Source of the DNA: Podarcis cretensis
Lineage: Eukaryota
Length of the DNA: 64,000 nucleotides
Assembly (NCBI GenBank): GCA_951804945.1
Contig: OX638150.1
Span: 41,230,001 to 41,294,000, forward strand
Reading direction: 5' to 3'
In this document: positions 35,683 through 50,351 of the stretch, piece after piece
How positions within the stretch are numbered: position 1 is the stretch's first letter
Layout of the letters: each line of letters opens with the position of its first letter
Made by a program: the position numbers and the translations under genes
Notes under the pieces: model-generated
The model's database searches: none
Told to the model about the DNA's origin: nothing
What the model saw: only the letters and a program-made list of their open reading frames with translations

Positions 35683-38600
35683 CTATAAATAAGCACAGAG
35701 GATGCATATAACCATCATAACCAGTCAACATTAATTCTTCTTGCATTCTTTTCACTTTTAGAGTTAAGCTGCCTACTAAGCCAGGACTCATGGGATTATG
35801 AAATGTTGTCATCCCACCTTTTGAAAATTTAATTCAGCATTTAGAGCTTAGCTGTTTGCTGAACCAGAGCCTACACAATTCAGATTATTTCTCATTTAAG
35901 TCTTTAAGATAAGCTTGACATTTGAGCTATTGCATCTTTGTCAATCATACTAGTCAGTCTCCAGTGATACAGCTCATGACAATCAAAATATCTGTGAATA
36001 TGTATTTTACTGGGGTTGCATGGCTGTTGTTGGGGAAATCTAATATGTTTCAGCAGCAGGTACTCATTGTTTACTTATTTTTGTCAGTTCCCTTATTAAA
36101 TCTAGGTTTTCCCTCTTGAGGTGGACTTCTTTTTTCTTTTCTTGTTGCTTTGCATTTGAAACATTCATATTTTCAGTGACACAGAGGTGTGATTCAAAGC
36201 TCAAAAATAGTGAATGAATGTGACACTTGGAAATAAAATTAAAGTCCAGCCTTGAGTTTGTGGTCTAGGGTTGTTGTTTCTCTTTCTATCTCTATCACTA
36301 AGATGTTCATAGTCATACATTTAGAAGTCCCAGAATCCATCTGTCAACAATGCTAGAACATGCTGGGATATGCCTGTCCAAAGACAGGTCGGTCAAGCCA
36401 GTTCACTAAATATGTCACAATAATTTCCAAACACTAATCTCTCTGTGTGTCAATGTATTGAAAGATACAGAAAAGACTAAATCTTCTGTCAAGCTAGATA
36501 TTGATTTAGAATGTGACCATTTAACAGTGAAGGAGTAACAGAAGGAATTTACATTCTTTTAAGATCAACAGCTTTTTGTTACACAGGAAGCTATACTTTG
36601 TCAAAGGAGACAAAGTTTATGAACTCAAGAAACACAATTTACCAGTATCAGAGATCATTTGCCTAAATGTATCTTACATATTTTTCACAAGTAAGCATTA
36701 TTTTAGTTTTTATGGTATGTGTATTCATATACCTTGTATGTGTTGATTTGTCTTCATGTTCTAAAACAATCCTGTGTCATTTTGTATGGTTATGGCTTAC
36801 TACTTATAGGAGTCTCCCCACCACCACTAGTGTGCTATGTGCATCATTTTCATATCTGTATTTTAAAAAGTTGTGTATAACTGGCTGTGGAACGAGCAAC
36901 AATTCTGAATTCTAAGCATATTGCATTCGTTTAGTGATAATATAATTATAAGGGTTTAAGCTGCAACAATATCATCATCATCATCATCGATTAAATTTGT
37001 ATACCACCCTTCATCTGAGGATCACTGGGAAATTTACAATATTAAAACACACACAAAAATACCATAGCAACAATCACAAACAAAACTCCCAGTTTAAAAG
37101 GTGATATATTGTTTAATTAACCAAAGCCTAATTTATGCACTTTTCATTCAACCCTTTCTCCTCAACAAAGGGTGGTAATGCTTGTATGTATGTACGACCC
37201 GCCTCACAAGTTGTGTTACAGAAGTGGTGGGGACATGCAAACTCTCAGAACTCCCTAACTATGCAAGGAGGAAGAACCATTGTGGCTCACACAGTGTTAC
37301 ATTAGCACCTCACAATTGTCAGTTAATGTTGCCCAGCTTTTCCTCCATTCTTTGTATCATTCTATTAGCCAAATTCTATGGATCCTTAAGTCCCACTGAA
37401 TTCAATGGGGCTTTTGCCAATAAAGTGTGTGCAGAGCTCTAGCTCAGGTTCTGCTGCTATGTGTTTCCTCACAAGTGCTTTTCATTGCTTCTAAAATTCC
37501 ACATCAGTGTTCTCGTGTGCATTAATTTGAATCACCTGTACATTTCAATGGTCTCAATTATCATTGTTCAGATGACTGTGTTCTATTAATAGTTTTGTCC
37601 TCATGTGAGATTCCGTATTTGTGCATTATTAAATTGCCCCAGCACCGTACACAGAACCACTGGTAGTTTGTGAAGATTGTTACAGCAAAATGCTTACTTT
37701 TTTGGTTTGTTCATTCTTAGAGTTTGTGGGGGGAAACAGAGGTCAGCAGTACCTGAATTTTCAACCCCTTTGGTGAATATTGTAGTTTGTAATTTGGCTT
37801 TCCTTTAGAAATCCTCCTTGATTGACCACACCTTGCCTTCTGTTATTGCCATGGTGGCTTGCATTGTGATGACATATGATGTTGCCATTTGAGTTTGCAT
37901 TGCTGCTGCTGCTGTTTTTAATCAGTGATTCAATTTTGTTCAGTTGATAACTTTATTCCACAAGGTGATATGAAGCAACACTTCTGAAGCCCACAAAATC
38001 AGAGAAATTTTGAACCAAGGTTTGATCATCTATCTGAAGCAGCTAAATACGATGAGCAGGAAAACAGTCCCCAGCATGTAGGAATAAACAAGCAGATTTT
38101 CTGATCAAGAGACCACAACTATCCCTTTGCATTTCTCCTCCCTTCTCTACCACAGCTCTTCTTGGGCAGTGGCTGATTTGGGCCCTGTTTACATTTTCAT
38201 CTGTGAAATAATCTTATTTCCTGAAGCCAAATACCAAAGGTATGACAAATGAGAGCATCTGTGCAAGTGCAGAGCTCCTACGCTTTAGAAGCTGCAAGCA
38301 CGTGCACCAAGATATGATCACAAAAACAGGGAACCCCTGAATAGTTCTCATCCATTTTTTGACTGAGCTGTGTCACAGGGGATGTCTAGCAGATATGTCA
38401 GCGCAATGTTTTGGAAATCACACCGGAGGTCAGATGCAGTTCCAAGAAATCTTTGTCCTGTTTATGACCAGATGTGTTTCTGGCCTTTATGAAGGACCAC
38501 AGAAAGCCTCATCCTTGTTCCCCCACCCCCCCGAAGGCCTTTCTGTTTTTAACATTTGACAGAGAAGGGGAAATACGACAGGCTTTAATAAATTCCTAAA

Positions 38601-39637
38601 ATCCAGGAGAGGATGTCCTAGAATCTTTGAACTGGAGTGCAGGGGAAAGCAGACTTAAACGTAATACTCTTTTCTCAGCTGAAGAAGGAAATTCACTGCC
38701 TTTGCATTTTTTATAGCAACAGAAAGTCAGAGTCCCCAGTCTGCTGAGACAAAGGATAAGAAGTTGTGGGGGAAGAGACCACCTGCCAGAATTGAGGTTC
38801 CAGAATATCACCATCTGAACCATAACAAGTCTAAAGGGAAAGTGACGGGATGATCCTTTCTGGGACACAAAACTGGACTTAGATGTAATCTGGGTGGAAG
38901 TGTATGAAACCACTGGCTTCTCTGGAGCTTCAAGACATCTGCAGAATGATTGAATTCTTGGCACCAGAGTGACTTCACTGTAGTGTTATCACTGCATGTA
39001 GACAGACTTTCAGTTTGCTCAATTAATGTTCACGAAGCTGTGGCTGGGGCCTCTGCTGCTGTAGCTCATTGATGGCAAAATCCCCACAACTTTCTGTTTG
39101 TGCTTTTCAGAGCAGAAGTTTATTTCTTCTTTTTCTTCCCTCCTCCTTTTTCTTCTCTTCCCTGCATTTTCAAGCATGCTGGGGCCTCGTTCCACCAAGT
39201 CAGTGCTATCGTACACGTGTGTTGCAGGAGCAGATTTAGGGAAACTGGAAACTGGACTTGTTTAAGAAACTGGGAAAATTACAATACTAAAGTTGCAATA
39301 TTAGTATGCCTGTAAGTCCCACTGGATTCAACTGGCCTTACATCTGAGTAAGCCTGCATAGGACTGAGGTTCACACCAGCTCCTTTCTTCTTTTAAGTCA
39401 GATGGCTTGCTTTGGGGAAAGGCTCTCTGTGCTTGCTGGACACTCAGAATTTTGCCCCAAGCATGATATAGTATAGAAGAGCATGTGGCATGACCGGGGT
39501 GGAGTGAGACAAGGAGATTTTTAAGCAAAGGATTAGAATGTCTGGGTAAAAAAAAAAAAAAGAACCAATTAAATAATTAACTATTACTTGATTTTAATGA
39601 TCTACATTTAACAAAATCAAATAATTTTACAATGAAG

Positions 39638-39783
39638 TGGAAAGGGCTGCAGATCAGTGGGAGTCATGCAGGAAGTTCAATCTCTGGAATCTCCAGGTAG
39701 GCTGAAATGGACCTGCCACCCCATATCGCCTGAAACTGCTGCTGCCAGTCACAATACAGAGCAGAAGGCAGCTTCCTATGTTG
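39638..39783 (+). mobile_element. Degenerate Squam3-like SINE
   Basis: GTTCAATCTCTGGAATCTCCAGGTAGG, CCTGAAACTGCTGCTGCCAGTCA and GGCAGCTTCCTATGTT, shared with the 35174 copy. Confidence 0.65.
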
Positions 39784-40559
39784 CATTTATTGATTATTGT
39801 AGAAATAACTTGTGGCTCCAAAATATCAAATAGGCATTAAAATCTGGATTGCTCCTGCAATGTTTATTTCTCTCTCTTTTACGACAGATGCATTCCCATT
39901 GCTTTCTATGCAAATAGCACTGTTCTACTATTGCTATGGAAATAATTTTCGTATTTGCATATGATTTACCTTTAAGCTTTCTTTTCCCCCAAGCATGTAT
40001 TGCAACTTTATGTTGCAAATACTAAGAAGAAAGAAAACAACAAATGCTTTAAATAGACAAGAGACTGCAAATATATAACTGTAGCTTGTTAGCAATTCTG
40101 AGGGATTTCACAATGATGATATACAAAACACACTGTATAGCTGTCTAGTCTAACTTATCTAGTCACAAGTAATCCCTACTGAGGCAAATGGGACTTACTC
40201 CCAAGTTATTCAGTGTAGAAATTGCAGTGTCGTAGTGACATCATGACTTGGAAACAATGCTTTTTCAATTGGGATAAAACACTGTTAACGGTGGGTATTA
40301 TTGATTTTTAAATTATTTTAACCCAGCTGGAAAAGCATTGCTTCCAAGGCACCAGATCACTACAATACTTGTTCTTACCTCAAATTTAACTGCAACCATT
40401 TATCTTTTGAAAGCATATTTCAGGAGTGCTGTTTGTTACCATGGAGATATAATATACTGTAATGTCACGAGCTTTTTCTCAGTGAACTGTGCTAATTTGT
40501 TTTAAAATGTTATAAACCCTTAAAGGTTGGGCTTTCTTTTAAGACTGTTGTAGCCATTT

Positions 40560-40597
<38 letters not shown>

Positions 40598-40614
40598 AAG
40601 AAAGAAAGAAAGAA
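40560..40614. repeat. (GACA)n(GAAA)n microsatellite
   Basis: Directly visible. Confidence 0.95.
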
Positions 40615-41910
40615 CTTGAGCAAAGTGTATTTAATCTGGATATATCAAAATTATGAGGCTGCCAGTCTTGTCTCTGTTTTCCATAGAAAGAAACCCAAGG
40701 AAGCAGACTGTTCCATGGTCGTGCAGTGAGCTGAGGTTCAGCTCACTATAATTCAAAATGCTGCTGTTCATAGAAGAAAACTGGTTAAGGCTTGGTCTTA
40801 TTTCCTTTCACAAAACTCAAATCTCTGTGCATGTGAGAAGGAGCAGCAGCTATTGATTCCCTGGGGGGAGCAAGCTGAGCAATGATTCTTTACTGAAGCC
40901 TCAAAATTTGGCTGAGAATCTCTGGAGCAGACATTTAGGAGGAAGATTGGCATCCTTAATTAAAAGTTTAGCCTGCGTTAAGCCAACTTGCCGCCTTTCC
41001 ATATGTTAAATTCCACTGCTCCCCAATAGGTTTATATTGGCAAGTGGAGCCTGAGTGCATTCATGGTTCATATCATTCATCATTTTTTCATCAAAAGCAT
41101 GGAAATCCTTTCCCCAGTGTGCAGAGCAGTTTTACAGAAATACTATAAAACTCGACAGGGGCTCTGTTTCAATAGAATTACATTGGTATCAGTAGCCTGG
41201 TAAATATCAGAGTTGAAATTAATCAAAGGGGCTTATGGAACCAATTCCAAATATATTATACAACAAAACAGGTTTTACATAGAAAGGTCATTTGGAACTT
41301 CCCTATCAACCTCACTCTTTTTAAGAAGATGGGGGTGGATATGGAGGAGTGAGGAAATAAAAATAATGCAATGGATGTTCCTGTTTCACCTCCTGCTTCA
41401 GGAACTCTTTGAGAAAGCTGCGCAAGGTGAAAATCATATTTGTCTCCAATTTCTAAGGCCCAAATCTAAAACTTCAGCTGAGCCTACCTTTTTTTAAGGC
41501 CCCTTTTTATAAACAAACCAATAATGCATAATATGTAAACAGGGTGTGGAACATTTGCTAGTGGCACAGATTCAGCATATGCAGCAAGAAGCAGTCTCAT
41601 GCTTGCAACTGTCCACCTACACTGCATATGTTTCCATAGGGTTCCATATTTACGTAGACAGCTGCCCAACAGCATGTCCAGTACTTCAACAGAACAGATT
41701 GGTAGTAGAAGTTGTGTAGCCATTCCTGGATCAATGCTATAAATGTATTTGACCACAGAAAGGGTTCTGCATGAAAACATTCTTCTAAACAGAACAGACA
41801 GAGTGGAAAAATAGAGTTGCTTATTTTGAGGTAGATGTTCAATGAACAGTTTGACTGTTGAGAATACAATGTAAGATTAAAATAGGCACTTAGGTTTCAA
41901 CACTAATATA

Positions 41911-42149
41911 CCGTATTTTCTGCTCTATAAGACTCACTTTTTCCCTCCTAAAAAGTAAGGGGAAATGTGTGTGCGTCTTATGGAGTGAATGCAGGCTGCG
42001 CAGCTATCCCAGAAGCTAGAACAGCAAGAGGGATTGCTGCTTTCACTGCGCAGCGATCCCTCTTGCTGTTCTGGCTTCTGAGATTCAGAATTTTTTTTCC
42101 CTTGTTTTCCTCCTCCAAAAACTAGGTGTGTCTTGTGCAAAAAATATGG
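41911..42149. mobile_element. Tc1/mariner (Tc2/pogo-like, CCGTA terminus) MITE, 239 bp, with internal hairpin
   Basis: TA|CCGTATTTT ... AAAATATGG|TA. Subterminal TAAGAC/GTCTT motifs and a 30-bp internal inverted repeat. Confidence 0.85.
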
Positions 42150-45100
42150 TATTTACTTACTCAGGAGTAAGCCCAATTGAACTCAATAGGATTTATTTCT
42201 AAGTTGGCATGTATAGGATTCTGGGGTTAGTTTCCCTTTTAATTTGGAAACTGTGCTAGAAATTAATCCTCTTGGGGAAATGGGGCAGGGACAGCTGCCA
42301 GGAGAGAGAGGGAGAAAGAAAGAACAGGAGCTTTAGGTCATTTCTAAGTCCCAATAGTACCACTCTAGTGATAACGCAACTCTTTCTTGCATTAATTTTA
42401 TGGGACATGATTTATATCCTTCATCTCTCAAACATGATGCCTTCTTGAACCACTGGCATTTCGTTTCTGCCTTTGACCACCCAGTAGCGTACAGCAGCCT
42501 GGCTCCTTTTCTACTTCCAGGCTGCTTCAGTAGGCCTTGGCATGATCCCAACCCTGCCACTTCATGTGATATTCCCTACTCAATCTGTCATCTCTTTTCC
42601 TGTTGTGTGGCTTCTTTCCAAGTTGCAGTAAGGAGCTCATCACACTTGCTGGTCTAGCAAAAGGTTTCCTTTCCTTTCCTTTTTCCATTTGCTTAGTATT
42701 GGCTTCTCTGAATGGTGCAGAGCTGAGGGTACCTGGTTAAAATTTTCTATACAAAAAGCTAGCAGGACAGACAAGTGACAAAGCAGCATAATTCTATAAG
42801 TGATGAAGTTGCAATTTATTTAAAAATTATTTAATTTGATCATTTTAGATTCTTAAGAAAAGTATTACCCATTTCATTTGTCTTTTGTTTCCTCCAATAA
42901 AAATGTTCACATTCCATTAAATTGTTTACTTTTGTTTGTTTTTGCCCGCTGATTTTTAAAGAAAGATGCTGAAATTGCATGATTATTTTTTTCCTATCCT
43001 TCATTAATTTAATGTTTTAAAGGTCATGGAACTATCTTTTTTGAAATTACTCTGTTCATGTGCCATTCACTTATGAAGCTTTTGCAGGAAAAGAGCTCTT
43101 CCTTTTTGAGCTCCCATTTGTACCTACAAAGACTACAATGTTACTTTCAGATCAAAAACTGAAATTAAACATTCTGTCAACTAGGATTTTGTTAAAACAC
43201 ACAACAACAACAACAGATCATAAATTTTCAATTTTTGAACATCTATCATGTATCTGTTTTTAAAAGGAAGAAAAACTGTTTGTACATATGGAGAATTAAA
43301 ATACATATACAACTTCAGAAATAAACAAATCAAATTTACTTTTCCAGTGTACCTTCAAAGTAACTCAATCTTTCTGTGTTTTCTTAACAGTGAATCTATT
43401 GCCTATTCAGAAATACCAGCTCAGATAGTATGGTGAAGTGACAGATGGAAAGCGCAGGGATGAAGGAAAGCAGTTTAGCACAGCATGTATGTTAGAGTAA
43501 ATGGATGAAATTGCATTATTATGGACAAACACCCTACACAGCCTCTTAACAGAATGGCAGGAGTTACTTCATATCAGCCAAAAAATACTTGCAAGAATTA
43601 TGAACTTTGCTGCATGCTTGCTTGGCAGGCAGTTACTCACTTTTACTCTCACAAGGCATTGACATTTCATTAGATGCATTGATTTAAATGTATTAAATGC
43701 AAGTGCAAATGAATCAGGACTAAATGGTTGAAAGAATCAAGTCTTATGGAGAAACATTCTCAGCTATATAGGATGGAAGATGAGTTGCTGGTAAAGCTGA
43801 TGGCAAATGCAGAAAGTGGGTTAATTTCTTAATCTGAATTGTGTCCAAACCTCATATTTCTACGAAGATCAGCCTACTGGCAGATTATCTGATGAAGTAG
43901 AAATTAATACTATTATCAATAGAGATATGGCTCAGACTGTTAGAAGGTAACTTTTCACAAAACTGTTTTAGCACGATTGTTTTAAAATGTCCCAAAAGCA
44001 AAACATCAAGAGCACAAAAGATGAGGGCCCTAGATAGACAAGAGTACTCTTTGACAAAGCCCATGCCTCAGAAGAATTCCCCCTCGTGCAAAATACCACA
44101 CCAGTCAGTTTGCATTAAATAATAGAAAGCAACCATAAGAAACCACAGCAAAATAGTGTTGAGCTGCTATTGAGCCAGGGCTTTCCAACCTGTAGCCTAG
44201 CGCTGCATTCTCTTTACATCCATTAGCCTTGACAGATGTGTTTGCTGTGGCTCACATGGCTAAAAGGTAAGAAAAATCCACCAACGTGTTGCTCTCACAT
44301 TCTGAAATCAAGGGAAGTTCATACGCTGAATCATAAACTTCAACAGAAAATATTTTCCAGACTTTTGGCAAACTTCACAAAACAATATTCACAAAGCAAA
44401 CAATCAGCCGGATGTAAAGGAGACAAACATTTAGTTACGGTTTTTATAGTTATGGATTAAATATTCTGCGGCTGATGGAACTTGAGCGATGCAGTGTCAG
44501 ACTCTGAATTAGCAAAGTATAGGGGGTCCCCCACAACTCTTGCAGTCTAATGTTCAGTGCTCTATCCTTCATCAGTCATCAGGCCCTGGGTGGTACAGCA
44601 TGACTAAGATCTATGTTTTATAATGTCTGTCCCACTGCATGGAAATTTAATCACATCCATAGAGTCAGGAGCACAGGTTATGTTGGGACGAGACTTTTGT
44701 TTCACTGGGCCACAGACAAGTTTTAAGTGCTGATCCCCATTGCACTAGCCACCACATTAACCCGGTCCACGCTGAATACTTTCCACCTGCTTAGTTAAAA
44801 ACTAAACAAAACTAAGCAGAGTTTTGGAAATCTTACACAAACATGACATCATTGTTTTTTAAAGGAACAAAATGAAACAACTTGAATTCTTTGCAGTCCA
44901 TCTAGAAGAGAGAATGTCAGTTGAAAATTGTAATACTAGCAACATTCATTGCACAGTCAAATGTAAATAGGTTTCTATTAGGGTAAGCAGGAAAAAAACA
45001 AGGTTGCTGTTGTGTCAGTGGAAAAACGGATATTGGGCAGCACTGATAATTTTTTTTCAGAGGAGGAGAGAAGGTACTACTTTTTAAAGCAAATGAAATT

Positions 45101-45932
45101 AAGCCCACTTTTATGAGGACATTAATAAGCAAACCATTCAACAGAAACTTTGAGTACAGTACTTTAGAAGTGGTTCCTTAAAATCAAGGAAGCTAAGAGG
45201 CAAATGTTTTATTTAGCTATGGAGCTTCTAAATTGACCTTCTTGTAAATAGAATCCAGAGTAGTTTGCAAAAATTAAATAATCAACCAGTAAAATGCAAT
45301 TAAAATTTTAAATCCTACACCAACATTTCTAAAAACCCTCACAAATGAAGAGATAAAACAACCCAAGGATTATGGATAATCTAATTAATTCTACAAAAGA
45401 CAAAGGAAATCAAAGGTGTCTGGGCAATATTCAATGACCACATTCTGTCCGTGCAAGGATTTCCACTTGTGCATTAGGTGTCCACCCTCTCTCCTCCCTC
45501 CACATGCACACTGCACCCTTCCCAAATAAGCTCCAGAGGGTTGAGGGAATCCCTATAACAGATTTAGGTGCATTGAGTTAGAAGGACTAGTGGTATATTG
45601 TTGTTCTGATGGTGTATAGCAGGAAGCCAATGAACCTGCTATCTTCCTGAAGATTTTTGAAGATATGGGTGCTGTTTTCCCTCTGAACCTGATTCTAGCT
45701 GGTAGTAGATGTATGACATCCAAATCCAAGATCCAAATCTTGTTTTGCTTGAAGAAGTGCCAAGTCCTTGAAGCAGCCATATGCTTATTCGAACCCAGTT
45801 GTCAGCCTAGTCAACATTTTGCATCCTCAACAACGACCTAGACCTATGGTAGTTCTGTGGGCATTGGCAGGTGGGGAATGTCACTAAATAAATGGTGGGG
45901 AAAACCCATAGCCACAGAAAATTCTGCAGATA

Positions 45933-46174
45933 CAGTGGTACCTTGGTTCTCGAACGGCTTAGTTGTCGAACAAATCGGTGCCCGAAGGCCGCAAACCCAG
46001 AAGTAAGTGTTCCAGTTTGCGAATGTTTCTCGGAAGCCGAACATCCGATGCAGTTTCCGCTTGAGTGCAAAAAGCTTCTGCAGCCAATCAGAACCCATGC
46101 CTTGGTTTTCAAACAATTTTGGGAGCCGAACAGACTCCTGGAACGGATTGAGTTTGAGAACCAAGGAACCACTG
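45933..46174. mobile_element. Tc1/mariner (Tigger-like) MITE, 242 bp
   Basis: TA flanks. TIRs CAGTGGTACCTTGGTTCTCGAAC and CAGTGGTTCCTTGGTTCTCAAAC (21/23). Confidence 0.9.
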
Positions 46175-47140
46175 TATTTCCTTATTTGTGTGTGTTGGGG
46201 GGGGGTGTGTTTTCTTTTTTAAAAAATATTCTGAGAAATGTTGGTTTACCTCTAGTTCTTGTACCTCTTTCTCTCTGCATCTCTCTTGCCCCTTCATCTG
46301 TATTAGGAAAGGGGCCATGTGTTAAGCTTTCTCTTTGTTGCGTGCAGCCTTTGTTACTTAGCTGAGTTACTTACTCAGAATTAAATTGTCAGCTTCATTA
46401 CCAAACATACTTTCCCAGTGCTCTGCCAGCAATTTGCCAATAAGCATGCTATCTCCCTCAGGAAAGCAGAGCAGCTTGAAAAATATTAAAACTGTGTTGT
46501 GTCACAGTTGCTTCCCTCCCAACTGCGGGCTTGATTTTCTTTCCTCTTTCAGATCTGCCTGCTCTTGTGGATTCCAAACCTGCCAAGCAATGATGTCAAG
46601 AGATCTTTTCTCTCGCCCCCCCCCCTTACTTAGTGCCCACATTCAGTGATGTGGCTGTTTCACCCTCCCCTGCTGCTGAAATTCCAGCTTATTCAAAAGG
46701 TTCAGGCTGTTCTGAGTGGCCCACATTAGTTGGGCATGTTTCCTTTCTATCAGATGAATGAGGTGGGTGCACAATACATCTGCCTCCCACAGACATACAC
46801 TTAGCTGAAATGCAAGGCCTTGCCCACAGCAGAGAGAGAGAGATTGGAGAGCATAAGCAGGGGCACTGTATATGGCTACAGTTATTCCATGAATTTCAAA
46901 TATTGGCTTCTATTGCCATATTCCTGAGATTCTCAGCTTTCACGTCTAGTCCTCCTGGTTCCAAATATAACATTTTAAAAGCAAAAGGCAACATCTGCTA
47001 AAAGCTCTGAGACGAGGGTGGGGGTGTCTCAGAGGAGCTTCCAGCATGCAAGCTTCTTGCAGTTTCCCTGTTCACAGTTCCCTGTCTCTACTATACACAA
47101 AAACACATTCCTAATTTACCTCCCATACCTCACTCCTCCT

Positions 47141-47330
47141 TAGGAACATAGGAAGCTATCTTATACCAAGTCAGACCATTGGTCTATCTAGTCATGTACT
47201 GTTAGTACTGACAGGAAGCAGCTCTCCATGATTTCAGGTAAGGAATCTTTTCCAGTCCTACGTCGAGATGCCTAGATGCCAGAGATTAAACCAGGAACCT
47301 TCTGAATGCACTGATCTACAGCCTCCTTCC
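47141..47330 (-). mobile_element. Degenerate Squam3-like SINE
   Basis: Plus strand shows the reverse of the same tail (TAGGAACATAGGAAGCT) and core (GCAGCTCTCCA..TTTCAGG). Confidence 0.65.
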
Positions 47331-48586
47331 CCTTCACTTTTGCATTCGTTTACAGTTAGGAGACAGAACATGTTTAACTTTAATGTGGGTAGCATTGTCT
47401 TATCTAGCCTTTTATCTCTTCTGTTGATGCTGAAAAGATTTTGCATCTAATGCATAGCAAACACTCAAATTTTAAAAGATGGAGCACATAGGTAGATAAG
47501 TAGATTTGGTATAGATCCTCCTGTTGACAGGAAGAAATCATCATCATCATCATTGTTATCATTATCATTTTTATTATTATTATCTGGGTTGCCCCAAAGG
47601 CTTTGTAGGAATGGCTTGCCTGCCATTGTCTTTTAAGTTCCTGTTTCTTTTCCACTGAACTCCAGTTTTCATATGTGCAACTGCACATTTTTACATCATC
47701 TTGGAAAATGAATCTGGGGTAGAAACTTAGTAACGGATAAATAAAATCCTTGATTGTAAATAAACTTACTTTGCTTTGTAGGATTTTGCCAAGCACTGAA
47801 CGATGAGCCACTCAATGAAGGAAAGTTTTAGCTTTCTATTATTTTGTCCAGATAATAAAGCTGTTTTCATATGGATTAGGGATATATTTGTCTCTCTGTG
47901 TGTATGCATGGTAGATCTGTGTCTATGTGTATTTGCAAAAGAAATAGTCTTTGTCTTCCCAGATACTAAGCCTATTGAATGGAGCCCAGTGTTTGCTGGT
48001 ATGCACACCTGTGGGAAGGGGAGGGAAGGCGAGCTTTTGTTTTGATGTGAGAGGCCCATATGCTGATCTGAATAACCTCAACAATCCATTCACACCTTTG
48101 TCTTTCTTCTCCTATGTCTGAGGTCCCTTTTCCACTTCTTTGTTTTTACTTGTCTAGTCACACGTGTTCTGAATAGCTGCTCTGAGCCATTCAACGTTTC
48201 TGCATGTGTGCCTGTGCTTATGTGTTTGAAGGGCGGGAATGGTGAGGAGGGGGGAGCGAAGAGGAGGGGAAAAGGCTGATAAGCTGTGACAAGTTGAACA
48301 AAACAGACTTCTGATCTCTCTCTCTCCCTCCCCCCTTTAAAAATCCTGAAAGCATTATGGTTTCTTGGACATAGCACATAGTCCAGACAAGTGGAGCTTT
48401 CAGAACTGAACTGCCCAGATCTCTTTCCTGTAATAGCAGTTGCAGGACCAGCTTCTCATACAGCTAAATTCCATACCTTTCAAAGGGGAGAGAGGTCTGT
48501 AAAGGTTTGCACAAGCTCACACATCTCCCATGGAAGCGGAGCTGGGGTCAATCCCTTGGGCTGCTCCAATTCTCCCACAGCCCAAC

Positions 48587-48592
<6 letters not shown>

Positions 48593-48636
<44 letters not shown>
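48593..48636. repeat. (AG)n microsatellite
   Basis: Directly visible. Confidence 0.95.
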
Positions 48637-48642
<6 letters not shown>

Positions 48643-49931
48643 AGGTTCGGAACTGAATTGTTTGTTTCTCTCAGGAGTAAGATTCCAGCTCTAGCTTCTG
48701 ACAGTAATGAATCATCCCAATCCTGAACAAAAGTAGGGAAAAACTGGAAGAAAGCACTGTTGAGAACACAAAGGTAGGGAGAAGCTGCTGCTGCTGCTGC
48801 TGCTATCACTACTACTGTGATTCTTGGTCACAGAGCCAGCCAGAACTAGAGAGCAGAATAATCCTCAGGTGCCATATTGATGGACAGCCTGCATGGGCAG
48901 TGTAGGAGAGGGAGGGAGAGAGGTGTATTGTGGCCTAGGATTCCCCACATCAGAATCAATCAATACCCACAGCTTCACCAGTGACACCCAGAATTAAAAC
49001 CATGAAATGATTCTGTGTGTTTTTTTCTAACCAGAATAACACCCCAAGCTTGCAAAAGGGGCTGTGCTGCTTACTTAAAGAGGAACAAAAATAGTTCAAA
49101 GATTTTCAAGCAATGGTGCCATCATGACAAGACTCTGGGAGCAGAGATCCAGGGCCCTGTTCAGTAGAATGAACAGGATGGCTCCCAAATGCAGAACAGC
49201 AGGAATCTCAAGTTGTGAAATCATTGAAGTAACACACATTACAAAAAATGAAGGAGGGGGTTTTAGGCACCTAAGACTATTAAGTTCAAAGACTAACATT
49301 ACCTAAGTGCATCCCTACTTTTGAGCATGTACATCTGGACAAGCCAGCCCTGAGGACTCCAAGATTCAGGTCCTGCAAAAACAGTGTCTACCTAACACTG
49401 TCATCATTAGATAGCTACACTTTTTTCGGCATGCCAGACAGGGGGAAAAAGTTGTAGGAACCATTTTAAAATTAGGATATTAGTATGTTTCCTCCTTTCA
49501 TGCAATATATGTCTTCTTTCCCATGATAAACGTGTAGTTTGTGTTCAAAAGCCCCCCCCCCACTTAAGACCCTTTCTTCCAAGTGTTGCAAGCCTAAGCT
49601 GCCATATATAGGGATTAGTGTATAATAAGCAACTCACTTTTTCAGCTTCAGTTCTTTATAGTAAGCTCAGTAATGGATAGTATATCCAAGTTTATGAGCC
49701 GTAGCTCCTTTACCAGTACCGTAAGACCAGCTGTGTAGACACAAATCAGGCTCTGAAGAGGTGTGATTGCTCTGTTTGTGCCGGCTTTTTCCTTTAATTC
49801 CCCCACTCTCAACCCATGAGTGTGGCTGTGAAGAAGAAAAAGAGGAGAGGCAAAAGAGTCCAAAGAATTTGATGCAATTTGGAATTTTGAATATAAATAG
49901 GCTGGAAGCAGACAATAAGTCTGCCATCTTA

Positions 49932-50351
<420 letters not shown>

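Noticed and set aside
45807-46365. Several overlapping ORFs of 106-157 aa
   Set aside because: They cross a 242-bp MITE; the repeated FENQGTTV peptide is the translated TIR, and there are no transposase motifs.
48090-48850. Possible internal promoter or alternative first exon (GA and CAG repeats, GGGCGG, minus-strand donor AAG|GTGTGA near 48096)
   Set aside because: No CpG island; the ORF ends in phase 0 while exon 4 needs phase 1; the motifs are common by chance.
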